64,000 bases of DNA from an uncultured Acidobacteriota bacterium (GCA_963844845.1 CAWJPW010000005.1:181661-245660), one strand, 5' to 3'. Positions 53,149 through 62,336 are shown, numbered from the stretch's first letter. The notes: generated from the letters alone by a model not told the origin. Translations and numbers: made by a program.

Positions 53149-54348
53149 TCAGCTCCCCTCGACGACCCAGACGCCATCGCTCGGCACCAGCGCCACGTCG
53201 TCGATCATCACCCGGCGCCCACAGCCGCCAGGCCGGAAGTCGGCAACGATGTCGACGTGCTGCGCGGAGCGGTTGAGCACGCCACGCTCCTCCAGCCGGC
53301 GCAGACGCTCCCGTCCCTCCGCGCCGCCCGGGTCGTCCACGAAGCAGTCCTCGTAGCTGGCGCCGATCGCAATATGCAGCGTTCCGCCGACCTTCTCCAC
53401 CAGCAACGGGTGCTTCAACGCGCGCTCCAGCCCGGGGTTCATGCCCAGCGCCACCTCGCCCAGCCGGTGCGAGCCTTCGTCCGTCTCGACGATGGCCGCG
53501 AGCTGGTCGCCCCCCTCCGCTGCCCTGTAGCTCACGATCCGTCCGCCGCTGAAGGCCAGCTCGATGCCCCGCATGTCGCGGCCGCCGTAGTTCACCGGAA
53601 GGTCCAGATAGATCTCGCCCTCCACGCTGCCGGCGTCGGGGCTGGTGAAGATCTCTCCGTCCGGGAAGTTACGCAGACCGTACGAGAGGCGAGGCAGGCC
53701 CTCGTTCAAGGCCATCGTGAGCACCAGCTCACGACCGTCGTCCGGGTGCTCGGTCACCACCGTCATGGTTCGGCCGTTTTGGAACAACGGCGCGAGCCGC
53801 TCCTCCGCCGCCCGCAGCGGGCGCGGATCGGTGGTTGATGCCTTGACCAGGAAGCGCGTGTACTCCGCCAGATCCATACCCTCCATCGCGGCAAATGCCG
53901 GCGTCGGGTAGAGCGTCAGCACCCACGGCTTGCTCAAGCGGATATCGGCAAAGGCACGATCGGCGGCGGCGAGCCCGCGCACCTGCTCCGGCGTGAGACC
54001 CGTATACCTCGCGGGGTCCTCTGCGCCGAGCACCTCCACGTACTTGGTCATGCTTTCGTAGCGCCCCCGGTGCCACGCCGGTACGCGCTCGAGCTGCTGA
54101 GGACCTGCGTGCCTCGCCACGGTGGCCGACCACACGCGTCCCCGCTCGTTGTCAGGCGGCACGAGGTAGACATCGGGGACCGCCCCGGCGTTCGCCACGC
54201 GACGCTGGAGCGCCTCGAGGAGCGGCCAGCAGATCCGCTCGCCTTTGAGCATCACCCGGTCGTCGGGAGAGATCCCTCCGAGGGAGTGGTCGAGCAGCAA
54301 TGCGGCCCAGACCTCGAGATCGTCAGCAGCGATGTAGGCTTCCTGCAC
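53149..54348 (-). CDS. M29-family aminopeptidase (AmpS/PepS-like)
   Basis: GTG at 54348 with a GAGGGGG SD. NFPDGEIFTSP, GEVALG and GGTLHIAIG motifs are typical of thermophilic metalloprotease M29. Confidence 0.8.
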   Translation of the reverse strand: MQEAYIAADDLEVWAALLLDHSLGGISPDDRVMLKGERICWPLLEALQRRVANAGAVPDVYLVPPDNERGRVWSATVARHAGPQQLERVPAWHRGRYESMTKYVEVLGAEDPARYTGLTPEQVRGLAAADRAFADIRLSKPWVLTLYPTPAFAAMEGMDLAEYTRFLVKASTTDPRPLRAAEERLAPLFQNGRTMTVVTEHPDDGRELVLTMALNEGLPRLSYGLRNFPDGEIFTSPDAGSVEGEIYLDLPVNYGGRDMRGIELAFSGGRIVSYRAAEGGDQLAAIVETDEGSHRLGEVALGMNPGLERALKHPLLVEKVGGTLHIAIGASYEDCFVDDPGGAEGRERLRRLEERGVLNRSAQHVDIVADFRPGGCGRRVMIDDVALVPSDGVWVVEGS

Positions 54349-54376
54349 ACAGCCCCCTCGCGCGCAATGCGCGCAT

Positions 54377-54382
54377 ATTGTA
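54377..54382 (-). promoter_or_regulatory. -10-like TACAAT box upstream of the aminopeptidase gene, followed by a GCGCGC-ATT-GCGCGC hairpin
   Basis: The minus strand reads GTTACAATATGCGCGCATTGCGCGCGAGGGGGCTGTGTG. Confidence 0.3.
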
Positions 54383-54572
54383 ACGAACTTCCGGGCGCGG
54401 ACGACGCGCCGAGTGCCCTGTTTGGGAAGTCCGATGTGCTATTCGCGCAGCCAGCGTGGTTCCTGGCAAGGCGCGACGACGAAGTCGTAGCAACGCTACT
54501 TCGAGGAGGAGCGACGCAGCCAGGGGCCGCGATGACAAGCGGTTAGTCCATTGGGACTTTCCAAACAGGTCA

Positions 54573-55703
54573 CTAGCGCGAACCCCCCTGGTATGGCACC
54601 GGGACCGGCGGCGGCTGCAGCGTCGGCCGCTCCCGCAGGGGTTGGGGCGGTCGTTCCACGCCACCGGCTCGCGCGACGAACACGGGAATCCTCAGCGGGG
54701 CCCCACCAGGTTCGTCGGTGGTCACCGTGACCGTTCCATGAACCACGCCGGGGACCTTCTCCGCATCGAGCCCCGGAGCCAGCACCACCGTGACACGGTG
54801 CTCGGTGGCCTTCTCGTTCCGGGCCGCGGAGTGAGCGACGAAGAGCTCGGGGTTGCTCGACTCCAGCGACCGCACCCGAAATGCCCGGCCCCGGTTATCC
54901 ACGAGCCTCACACCCATCTGCGATGGCGTCCGCCCCGGCTCTCCCACGACGAAGCGCAGCTGGCGTGGCTGGACCTCCACGACCGGGCGAATCCGCACCG
55001 CCACGGGGTAGGTCACCACTGGGTCCTTGTCGACGTTGACGGGAATGCTGAGCCTCACGATGCGGACGCTGGCGTCGTCCTGGGGCGAGACCTTGAGGAC
55101 CAGCGAACGCTGGCTCGAAGGGTGCCCGTCCGCAGCCGGCATCACCGTAGCCTCCAGCAGCCCCGGAGGGTTGGAGGTGACGGCGCCGATCTCCAGAGGC
55201 TTCCCGTCACGTCGGCTGAGGGTCACCGTCGTCGTCGCCCCCTGCCCCACCACCGCGTCCACGGCCGCCCGCGAGGCGGGCTCCGTCACGACCAACGGCT
55301 GAACCGTGAAGCTGAGCTGCAGCCGCAACGGCTGGACCCCTACCTCGTCGGTCTCCACCAGCACCGATTTCGTCAGATGCCCAGCCTGGTTGGCATGGGT
55401 TGCAACCTTTGCCACGAGCTTTCCCGACCCACCTGCCGGGATCACCGAGTCGAACTCGGCGACAGTGCAGCCTCAAGAGGGTTTTGCCTTGATGATTTTG
55501 ACCACTCGGTCGCCGGGGTTGTGGAGCACGAAGGTCGCCACCGCGGGCTCACCTGCGGGGACGGTGCCCAGCTCCACAGTCGCACTCTCTGGCTTGAGCA
55601 CGGTGGTCTTCGGCGGCACCGGCGTCGTCTGGGCCAATCCGCTCACGGCCCCCAGGGGCGCCGCGGCCAGGAGCAAGGCGAGGGCCGCACTTCGTGTCGT
55701 CAT
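54573..55703 (-). CDS. Secreted DUF1573-domain protein interrupted by one in-frame TGA (55473-55475) at the first Cys of the conserved SCGCT motif. Selenocysteine candidate or pseudogene.
   Basis: ATG at 55703 with GGAGG 5 nt upstream. Signal peptide MTTRSAALALLLAAAPLGAVSGLA. The sequence reads ...VVKIIKAKPS-TGA-GCTVAEFDSVIPAGGSGKL... with both halves in the same frame (1131 nt in total). Track ORFs 55473-55715 and 54573-55445 are the two halves. Confidence 0.6.
55441..55463 (-). other. Hairpin starting 9 nt downstream of the in-frame UGA (SECIS-like position)
   Basis: The RNA GUCGCCGAG-UUCGA-CUCGGUGAU forms a 9-bp stem including two G-U pairs, with a 5-nt loop containing G. Confidence 0.25.
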
Positions 55704-55755
55704 CAAGGCCTCCATGGTGTCACCCGTGGTGCAGGCGCACCGCAGGTCCGCACGG

Positions 55756-55761
55756 ATTGTA
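55756..55761 (-). promoter_or_regulatory. -10-like TACAAT box upstream of the DUF1573 gene
   Basis: The minus strand reads TATACAATCC, about 50 nt upstream of ATG 55703. The same TACAATCC octamer occurs at 57698-57705. Confidence 0.35.
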
Positions 55762-55783
55762 TACGAGACTCGGGGTAACGGTG

Positions 55784-56878
55784 TCAGTTGGAGAGCTCTA
55801 CCGCGCGCTGCCGCAGCTCCTCAGCCCTGACCTTGTAGCGCTCGGCAAGACGGCCGCGGCCCGCTCGTCGCGCCCAGCGCGCCAGCGCCTCGTAGGTCTC
55901 GGGAACAGGCCGGAAGCCCCGCCGCGCCCGCCGTAGGTGCTTGTGGGCCGACTCGAGATCACCTCGCGCCATCTCGGTGTCTGCCAGGGCGATGAGCGAG
56001 AACGGGCTCGACGGCCCCTCGGCGGCCGCGTCGAGTGCCGTCCTCGCCTCGTCGCTGCGGCCCAGCTGGGTGTAAAGGTAGGCGAGATTGGTGAGCGCCG
56101 AGGGGTTGCCCGGGTCCGCGACGAGCGCTTTCTGATACGCCGCGAAAGCACCCTCGACGTCGCCCGCCCGACGCCGCGCGACGCCCAGGTTGATCCACGC
56201 GGCCGCCAGGTTCGGCGCAAGGCGGGCTGCCTGCTCGAACAGAGAGCGGCTGCCGGCAACGTCGCCATGTTGAAGGCGCATGCTGCCGCGATTCACCGCG
56301 AACATCGCGCTGGCAGCCACGTCGTCGACGATGACGTGCCGCACATATGGCACCTCGGAGCTGATGTAGAAGTCGAACAGGTGCATGGTGCCCGCCTGCG
56401 TGAATCCGGCGACCACGTGCCGATTCACGATAACGAGGCTCTCTTCCTTGGCGACATCGAGGACCCGGTCGACGGAGACCAGGAAGGTGCGGTAACCGAG
56501 GGTCCGCGACAGGGCGACGAACAGGGACGTGAACGACAGGCAGTTGCCCCGTCGTTCGGCAAACGCCTGCTCCGCCGTGAGGTTGATGTTCTCGTCGTAG
56601 GTGAAGTCAAACTGGCCGGGGTCGAACAGCACCTGCTGCAGTCGGCGCAACGTACCGAGCTCGCCGGACGCCTGGCTGGTGACGGCCCGCGCCCAGCTGG
56701 CCATTTCCGGGGTGGCGGCGAAGGGGTACACGACCTCCTCGGGATCCAGCCCGCGCGCCCGCACCTCGCTTCGCCAGCGATCGTGCCCGAGCGCCAGCTC
56801 CCCGGGCCCGGTGCTGGCACAGCCGCCAGCCGTCACCAGCACCAGCGGAAGCACGACGCGAGCAGCGATCCTCTTCAT
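55784..56878 (-). CDS. Lipoprotein with transglutaminase-like cysteine-protease-fold domain and C-terminal TPR repeats
   Basis: ATG at 56878. Signal with LVTAGGC. The RRGNCLSFTSLFVALSR ... NRHVVAG ... FD pattern is a Cys-His-Asp transglutaminase-like core. TPR repeats include AWINLGVARRRAGDVEGAFAAYQKALVADPGN. Confidence 0.7.
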   Translation of the reverse strand: MKRIAARVVLPLVLVTAGGCASTGPGELALGHDRWRSEVRARGLDPEEVVYPFAATPEMASWARAVTSQASGELGTLRRLQQVLFDPGQFDFTYDENINLTAEQAFAERRGNCLSFTSLFVALSRTLGYRTFLVSVDRVLDVAKEESLVIVNRHVVAGFTQAGTMHLFDFYISSEVPYVRHVIVDDVAASAMFAVNRGSMRLQHGDVAGSRSLFEQAARLAPNLAAAWINLGVARRRAGDVEGAFAAYQKALVADPGNPSALTNLAYLYTQLGRSDEARTALDAAAEGPSSPFSLIALADTEMARGDLESAHKHLRRARRGFRPVPETYEALARWARRAGRGRLAERYKVRAEELRQRAVELSN

Positions 56879-56884
56879 CCAACT

Positions 56885-56890
56885 TCTATA
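56885..56890 (-). promoter_or_regulatory. -10-like TATAGA box 6 nt before ATG 56878 (leaderless-type geometry)
   Basis: The minus strand reads TATAGA-agttgg-ATG, with no SD. Confidence 0.35.
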
Positions 56891-56919
56891 CGCGCGGCAC
56901 ACCGCCGAGGTTACGAGAA

Positions 56920-57675
56920 CTACGAGAACGACGGAGGATTCTCACGCAGCCAGCCGAGGTAGCGCACCAGGAGATCGAGCTCGGTGGAGTCGAGACGGTC
57001 GCCGTATGCAGGCATGCTGAGCACCGGTCCGGGGAGACCGGGGACGGGTGTGTGCGTCGGAGTCGATCCCCGACGAAGAATCTCCTCGAGCCCGGCCGCC
57101 TGCGCCGCGACGAAGTCCGGGCCGAAGAACCCCGGCACCCGTCCCTTGAGACTCCCAGGGTTGGCAACACCGCCGCCCCCGAGGACACCGTGACAGCTGA
57201 AGCAGCCCATCTGCACTGCGATGTCGTGCCCGGCCGCGAGCTCCTGATCCTCGGGAACCCCCACCAGCCCGGTCATCCCCCCCACAGCGACCGCCACATC
57301 CTGCCACTCCCCCGCGCCCAGCCGACTCCCGAACGCCGGCATCGCCTGCAGCCTGTCACCGACAGCCGGGCGCCCGTTGAGAATGGCGTCGCGCACCACG
57401 AGCAGCGAGGGCGGCAACGAGCCGTCCGCCCGCCAGAGCAAACCGCCCCCGGCCTCTCGGTGACAACCGGTGCAGCCCTGTGCCTCGAGCAGGGCGACGC
57501 CACGCTGCACCGCGCTGCTGTCCTCGCGCCCCCACCACCAGCGGTACACCGGTAGTGCCAGCACCGCGACCAGCACCAACGCCGTCACCACCCAGGCGAG
57601 GATGCGGCCCGGCCGCACCGACCGCTTTCCGCGGGTCGAGCTCTTGCCGCCGCGCGCCCGCTGCTGTCGAGCCAT
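56920..57675 (-). CDS. Membrane-anchored dihaem c-type cytochrome
   Basis: ATG at 57675 with GGAGG 5 nt upstream. N-terminal basic segment plus a TM helix. Two CxxCH motifs (CTGCH, CFSCH). Confidence 0.75.
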   Translation of the reverse strand: MARQQRARGGKSSTRGKRSVRPGRILAWVVTALVLVAVLALPVYRWWWGREDSSAVQRGVALLEAQGCTGCHREAGGGLLWRADGSLPPSLLVVRDAILNGRPAVGDRLQAMPAFGSRLGAGEWQDVAVAVGGMTGLVGVPEDQELAAGHDIAVQMGCFSCHGVLGGGGVANPGSLKGRVPGFFGPDFVAAQAAGLEEILRRGSTPTHTPVPGLPGPVLSMPAYGDRLDSTELDLLVRYLGWLRENPPSFS

Positions 57676-57699
57676 GAGCACCTCCGAGATCGCGGCCGG

Positions 57700-57705
57700 A
57701 TTGTA
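57700..57705 (-). promoter_or_regulatory. -10-like TACAAT box for the cytochrome gene, back-to-back with the helicase promoter
   Basis: The minus strand reads GCGCTACAATCC, 24 nt upstream of ATG 57675. Confidence 0.35.
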
Positions 57706-57734
57706 GCGCTTTCCGCCTCATGAGCGCTCCGGCA

Positions 57735-57740
57735 TAGAAT
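57735..57740 (+). promoter_or_regulatory. -10 box TAGAAT 6 nt before GTG 57747 (leaderless-type promoter)
   Basis: TAGAAT-gcccgg-GTG, with no SD. Confidence 0.45.
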
Positions 57741-57746
57741 GCCCGG

Positions 57747-60161
57747 GTGTCGCTGGACGTCGATCTCGAGGCCCGCCGGGTGCGGGCCAGCGTTCGCGAC
57801 CTCCTGGGCGAGGGGGCGCAACGCGTCATCGGGCTCTCAGGGGGAGGCCTGTCGAGGCTGTGGATTGGGCAGGAGCTGCACCGCCGGGTGCAGGCGAGCC
57901 TGGCTGCTGCGGAGCGAGGCTACCGCAGCGAGGTCCCTGCCGCGGCCACGTTCCAGCTGGACGGGTGGACTCTCGAGCTGGAGGGCCGGGCCGATGGACT
58001 GCTGGCGCGCGATGGACTCGTCGTCCGGGTGGACGAGATCAAGACGCTCCACTTCGCCGTCGATCTCTACAACCTGTACGCCAACGAGCGGCTCGAGCGC
58101 TTCCGGCAGCAGGCGCGGCTGTACGCCCTCATGCTCTCCCCCGCCGAGGCCCCGGCTGCGGTGCGTCTCATTCTGGTGGACATCGTTTCCGGCGATGAGC
58201 GGATCGAGGATGTCCCGTTCAGCCCGGACGCCTCCCTCGCCTTCCTGCGCCAGCAGGTCCATCGCCTCCTCGCGGCGGAGCAACGACGAGTCGCACGCCT
58301 GGCGGAGCTGCGCATCACTGCCGCCGCGCTTCCCTTCCCTCACCCGGAGCCGCGCCCGCTGCAGCTCACCGTCGGCGAGGCGGTCGACAGCGCCCTGGCG
58401 GCCGGCCGGCACCTCCTCCTGGCGGCGCCCACAGGCACCGGTAAGACGGCGGCGGTCCTCCATCCCGCCCTCCGGGCCGCGCTGGCTCGCGGGCGTCGGC
58501 TCTACGTCCTCACCGCGAAGACCCTGCAGCAGCAGCTCGCGGTCGAGACTCTCCGCTCCATGCAGCGCCACGGCGCACGCTTTCGCAGCCTGCAGCTGCG
58601 CTCCAAGGCGAAGATGTGCATCAACTCCGAAATGGTGTGCCACGAGGAGTTCTGCCCTTACGCGCGCGATTACGCCCTCAAGCTGGTCCGCTCCGGCCTG
58701 CTGCCGACGCTGCTCGCCAGCGACCACGTCGATCCCGACGTGGTGCTCGACGCGGCCCGCCAGCACGAGGTCTGCCCCTTCGAGGTGACCCTCGACCTGC
58801 TCGCCGACATGGACGTCGTCGTGTGCGACTACAACTACGTCTTCGACCCCACCATCGGCCTCGCCGCCCTGCTCCACGAGGGGGCCCTGCGGCACGCGAT
58901 CCTGGTCGTCGACGAGGCCCACAACTTGGTGGAGCGCAGCCGGGAGTACTACTCGCCCGCTCTCACCGAGGCGATGCTGCGCCGCGCTGAGGCGTTTCTC
59001 GCCGCGCGCACGGCGCCGGTCTTCCGGCGCCTGGCCGAGCTGGTTGCGACCCTCGCCGAGCTGCTGCACACGACCGTGGCCGACGCCTTGGAGGAGGCGA
59101 CCCAGGAGGACGCCGTCGTGGAGCTTCCGGGCGCCGACCTGGCCGACCTTCGGCTCGCTCTCGACGCCGCAATGCTGCAGTACTTCCTCTACAAGCGGGA
59201 GCACGAGCTGTGGCTCGCTGACGATCCCCCCATGGAGGTCTTCCTCACGCTCACCCGCTTCCATCGAGTGCTGAGCCTGGGCGGCGACGAGTTCGTGCAC
59301 CTCGCCTCCCGCGGTGGCGCCGAGGGCGAGCGCATCCGCATCGTGTGCCGCGACGCCTCGCGGTTCATCGGCGAGATCCTCGAGGAGAGCGCCGGGGTCG
59401 TCGCCATGTCGGCAACCCTGGAGCCTTTCGAGTTCTACCACGACGTCCTCGGCTTCGACCGTCATCGCACCGATACACTGCGGGTGCCCTCGCCGTTCCC
59501 CCCCTCGCACCGCCTCGTCCTTGCCATCGACGAGGTGGACACGAGCTACCGCCGCCGCGCCGCCCACTACGACGACATCGCTCGTTGGGTGGGCGGCCTC
59601 GCTCCGCCCGGTCACAACGTGCTGGCATTGTTCCCGAGCTACGCCTTCCTGCGCCAGGTGCACGACCGTCTCCCCCCCACCCCACACCATGTTCTGGTAC
59701 AGGAGCCCGGCTCCAGCGACGCAGTGCAGCGGCGCTTCCTCGCGGCCCTGTCCAACGGCGAGGCCCACCTGGTGCTTGCGGTGCTGGGAGGCGTCTTCGC
59801 CGAAGGAGTCGACTACCCAGGCGAGATGCTGTCACAGGTGATCGTGGTGTCGCCGGGCCTGCCGCAGTACAACGCCGAGCGCGAGCTCCTCAAGGCCTTC
59901 TACCAGGAGCGCTACGGCCGTGGTTTCGAGTACGCCTACCTCATCCCTGGCCTGACCCGGGTGGTACAAGCGGCCGGGAGGCTGATCCGTTCCGAGACCG
60001 ATCGCGGCGTCATCGCCCTGGTGTGCAGGCGCTTCCTCCAACCGCAGATGGTCAGGCTCCTGCCCCCCGACTGGGTCGACGGCGACGCCGAGAGCCTTCG
60101 CCTTGCGGACCCCATTGCCGCCGTGCGCGCGTTCTTCGGTGACGATCGAGCGGGCTCTTGA
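57747..60161 (+). CDS. Fusion of an N-terminal PD-(D/E)xK (RecB-like) nuclease domain with an XPD/DinG-family Fe-S DNA helicase
   Basis: The nuclease-like part has GRADGL ... VDEIKT ... QQARLYALM (D, ExK, QxxxY). The helicase part has APTGTGKT, four Cys (C-INSEMV-C-HEEF-C ... EV-C-PFE) between Walker A and the DEAH box, VVDEAHNL, and C-terminal QAAGRLIRSETDRG. Confidence 0.75.
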   Translation: MSLDVDLEARRVRASVRDLLGEGAQRVIGLSGGGLSRLWIGQELHRRVQASLAAAERGYRSEVPAAATFQLDGWTLELEGRADGLLARDGLVVRVDEIKTLHFAVDLYNLYANERLERFRQQARLYALMLSPAEAPAAVRLILVDIVSGDERIEDVPFSPDASLAFLRQQVHRLLAAEQRRVARLAELRITAAALPFPHPEPRPLQLTVGEAVDSALAAGRHLLLAAPTGTGKTAAVLHPALRAALARGRRLYVLTAKTLQQQLAVETLRSMQRHGARFRSLQLRSKAKMCINSEMVCHEEFCPYARDYALKLVRSGLLPTLLASDHVDPDVVLDAARQHEVCPFEVTLDLLADMDVVVCDYNYVFDPTIGLAALLHEGALRHAILVVDEAHNLVERSREYYSPALTEAMLRRAEAFLAARTAPVFRRLAELVATLAELLHTTVADALEEATQEDAVVELPGADLADLRLALDAAMLQYFLYKREHELWLADDPPMEVFLTLTRFHRVLSLGGDEFVHLASRGGAEGERIRIVCRDASRFIGEILEESAGVVAMSATLEPFEFYHDVLGFDRHRTDTLRVPSPFPPSHRLVLAIDEVDTSYRRRAAHYDDIARWVGGLAPPGHNVLALFPSYAFLRQVHDRLPPTPHHVLVQEPGSSDAVQRRFLAALSNGEAHLVLAVLGGVFAEGVDYPGEMLSQVIVVSPGLPQYNAERELLKAFYQERYGRGFEYAYLIPGLTRVVQAAGRLIRSETDRGVIALVCRRFLQPQMVRLLPPDWVDGDAESLRLADPIAAVRAFFGDDRAGS

Positions 60162-60287
60162 GCGTGCGATCAGTCGCGACGAGAAGACGAGAACGGGTGC
60201 TGACCGCACGTCGTCGGGCCCAGCGCGGGGGAAGAGCGATGCCGGGCAGCGGCGATGGCCGGCGCGTGGGCCTCGCCTCTGCCGCCC

Positions 60288-61808
60288 TCAGTCCCTGTCC
60301 GCCAGCTCGATCCCGATATCCTGGGGCAGCACCCAAGCGCCTCCCCGCGCCTGGAGCGTGAAGGGACGTCGCACCAAGCTGAGTCGGACCCGATGGTAGA
60401 GGGGAAGGTAGGGGCGGTCGAGGGCCACCCGCGTGAGCGCCTTGCGAAGCAGCTCGAGACGGCGCGACGAGCGCGGCTCAGTGGCCGCCTCCTCCAGCCA
60501 GCGATCGACCTGGACGTTGGAGTACCCGGTACCATTCTGCAGGCCGAAGCGGCGCTTCGCCTCCCGCGTATGCACCACCCCGTCCAAGAAGTCCGAAGCA
60601 TCCGCGAAGGGGAAGTTCCAACCGAACAGGGCGATGTCGCCGTCGCCAGCCATCAGCCGCCGGTAGAAAGTGTCCCACGGGTAGGCCACCGGCCGCACTC
60701 GCAACCCGACCCGGGCCAGGCTCGCCGCCACGAAGTCCAGCGCCTGCTGCGGCACCCCGGCATGATCGAGCGCGAGCTCCACGTCGGCGCCCACTCCGGC
60801 CTCGTTGAGGAGCCGGCGTGCGCGCTCCGGGTCGGCGGCGCTGAGTCGGCCGGTTGGGCTGAATCCGAAGACCTCGGCCGGGATCACCGAGACCGCCGGC
60901 TCGGCGTCACCATCTGCGTAGGCGGCCTGAACCAGCTCCCGCCGGTCGATGGCCGCGTCAATGGCCTCGCGAACCCTGGGATCACTGAGCGGCCAGTGTT
61001 GCACGTTGAGTCCGAGGAGAGTGGTCGCCAGCGAGGGCGCTCGCACCACCTGCCACTCGCCTCCGAGGTGATGCGACCGCACGAAGTCGATGGAGGCCCT
61101 GGCAATGATGTCCAGGCCGCCCTCCCGGATGGCAGAGATCGTGTCCTCGGCACCCACGAACAGCACCCTCACCCGCTCCACCGCGGGAGGTGCTCCCCAG
61201 TAGCCGTGCCAGCGCTCGAGGAGCACCGGCCCATCCACCGTCCCGGCCCGCCACACGTACGGCCCCGTCCCCAGGGGCAGCGAAGGGCTGCGGCCGTAGG
61301 GCACGATGGGGGCCATGGCGAGACGAGTCAGGAGCAGCGGGAAGGCCGCCTTGGTGATGACCTCGACCACGTCCGACGTGCCCTCTGCCTGACGGACATC
61401 GGCCACCGCCGTGAGGTAGCTGGCCACCGCCGAGTCCTCATCCCAACAGGCACGGCGTAGCGAGCCGACGACGTCCTTGACCGTAAGCTCGCGGCCGTCG
61501 TGGAAGCGCACACCGTGCCGCAGCGTGAAGCGCCACGTCGTGGAGTCGGGCGTGTCCCAGCGCTCGGCCAGGTCTGGCTCCACCTCGAGATCCGGTGACA
61601 GCGTCACCAGCGGCTCGTACACTGCGAACAGCAGGGAGCGGGTCACGGCGTCGTCGTGGGCATGAGGATCCAGGGTCACGATCCCGGTGGGATAGGCCAG
61701 CCGAACCTCGTCCGGAGGCGGGGCGGCGCGATGGCATGCCGACAGCAACACGACGAGCATCGCGACACCGATAACGGTACAACGCCCCTTGCCTGAGCTT
61801 CGAAGCAT
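60288..61808 (-). CDS. ABC transporter substrate-binding protein, family 5 (peptide/nickel type), lipoprotein
   Basis: Signal with LLSAC. LAERWDTPDSTTWRFTLRHGVRFHDGRELTVKDV is typical of SBP_bac_5. Confidence 0.85.
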   Translation of the reverse strand: MLRSSGKGRCTVIGVAMLVVLLSACHRAAPPPDEVRLAYPTGIVTLDPHAHDDAVTRSLLFAVYEPLVTLSPDLEVEPDLAERWDTPDSTTWRFTLRHGVRFHDGRELTVKDVVGSLRRACWDEDSAVASYLTAVADVRQAEGTSDVVEVITKAAFPLLLTRLAMAPIVPYGRSPSLPLGTGPYVWRAGTVDGPVLLERWHGYWGAPPAVERVRVLFVGAEDTISAIREGGLDIIARASIDFVRSHHLGGEWQVVRAPSLATTLLGLNVQHWPLSDPRVREAIDAAIDRRELVQAAYADGDAEPAVSVIPAEVFGFSPTGRLSAADPERARRLLNEAGVGADVELALDHAGVPQQALDFVAASLARVGLRVRPVAYPWDTFYRRLMAGDGDIALFGWNFPFADASDFLDGVVHTREAKRRFGLQNGTGYSNVQVDRWLEEAATEPRSSRRLELLRKALTRVALDRPYLPLYHRVRLSLVRRPFTLQARGGAWVLPQDIGIELADRD

Positions 61809-61867
61809 CGCTATCAGTCTACCTCGAGACGGCGCCAGGGCGCCGTGCCCCGCCCCTGCGAGGACGT

Positions 61868-61873
61868 TACAAT
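61868..61873 (+). promoter_or_regulatory. -10-like TACAAT box upstream of the small membrane protein gene
   Basis: TTACAAT-N8-GGAGG-N5-ATG(61892). Confidence 0.35.
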
Positions 61874-61891
61874 CACCCCGAAGGAGGTTCC

Positions 61892-62311
61892 ATGCGCAGC
61901 ATCCTTCTCGCGGCGATGACGGTCCTGCCCCTGCTCGCCATCCTCAATCTCGCGCGCTCCACCACGAGCCTCCGCGCCTTTCAACGCCAGGTCCCTGCCC
62001 TGCGCTCCACGCACGACGTCGAGCGCTTCAAGGAACTGGCGGCGCAGCAGATGTACGCTGCGTTGCTGCAGATCGGCCTGCTCGGGCTGCCCGTCGTGAT
62101 CCTCCTCGTGGGCGTCGCCGGCAAGATCCTGCTTCCTGCCGACGCCTTGCTCTTCCTGCTCGTACCCTCCCTGGTGATCCTGGTCGTCGCCTCGCGGCTC
62201 CGGGGGTTGGAGAGGGCGGTGAAGTCCACACCGGCGGCCGACGACGAGCTCGCGCGCCAGCGCGACGCCGTCGTCACCACGTGGATGAAGAAGGCGGTTC
62301 CGGACTGGTGA
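61892..62311 (+). CDS. Hypothetical membrane protein (139 aa, about 3 TM)
   Basis: Strong SD GGAGG. Hydrophobic spans present. No family recognised. Confidence 0.55.
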   Translation: MRSILLAAMTVLPLLAILNLARSTTSLRAFQRQVPALRSTHDVERFKELAAQQMYAALLQIGLLGLPVVILLVGVAGKILLPADALLFLLVPSLVILVVASRLRGLERAVKSTPAADDELARQRDAVVTTWMKKAVPDW

Positions 62312-62336
62312 CGACGACTCACGTGTTGGGGGCCGG

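Noticed and set aside
57837-59768. 643-aa minus-strand ORF inside the helicase gene
   Set aside because: It is antisense to the frame carrying Walker A, DEAH and Fe-S Cys motifs.
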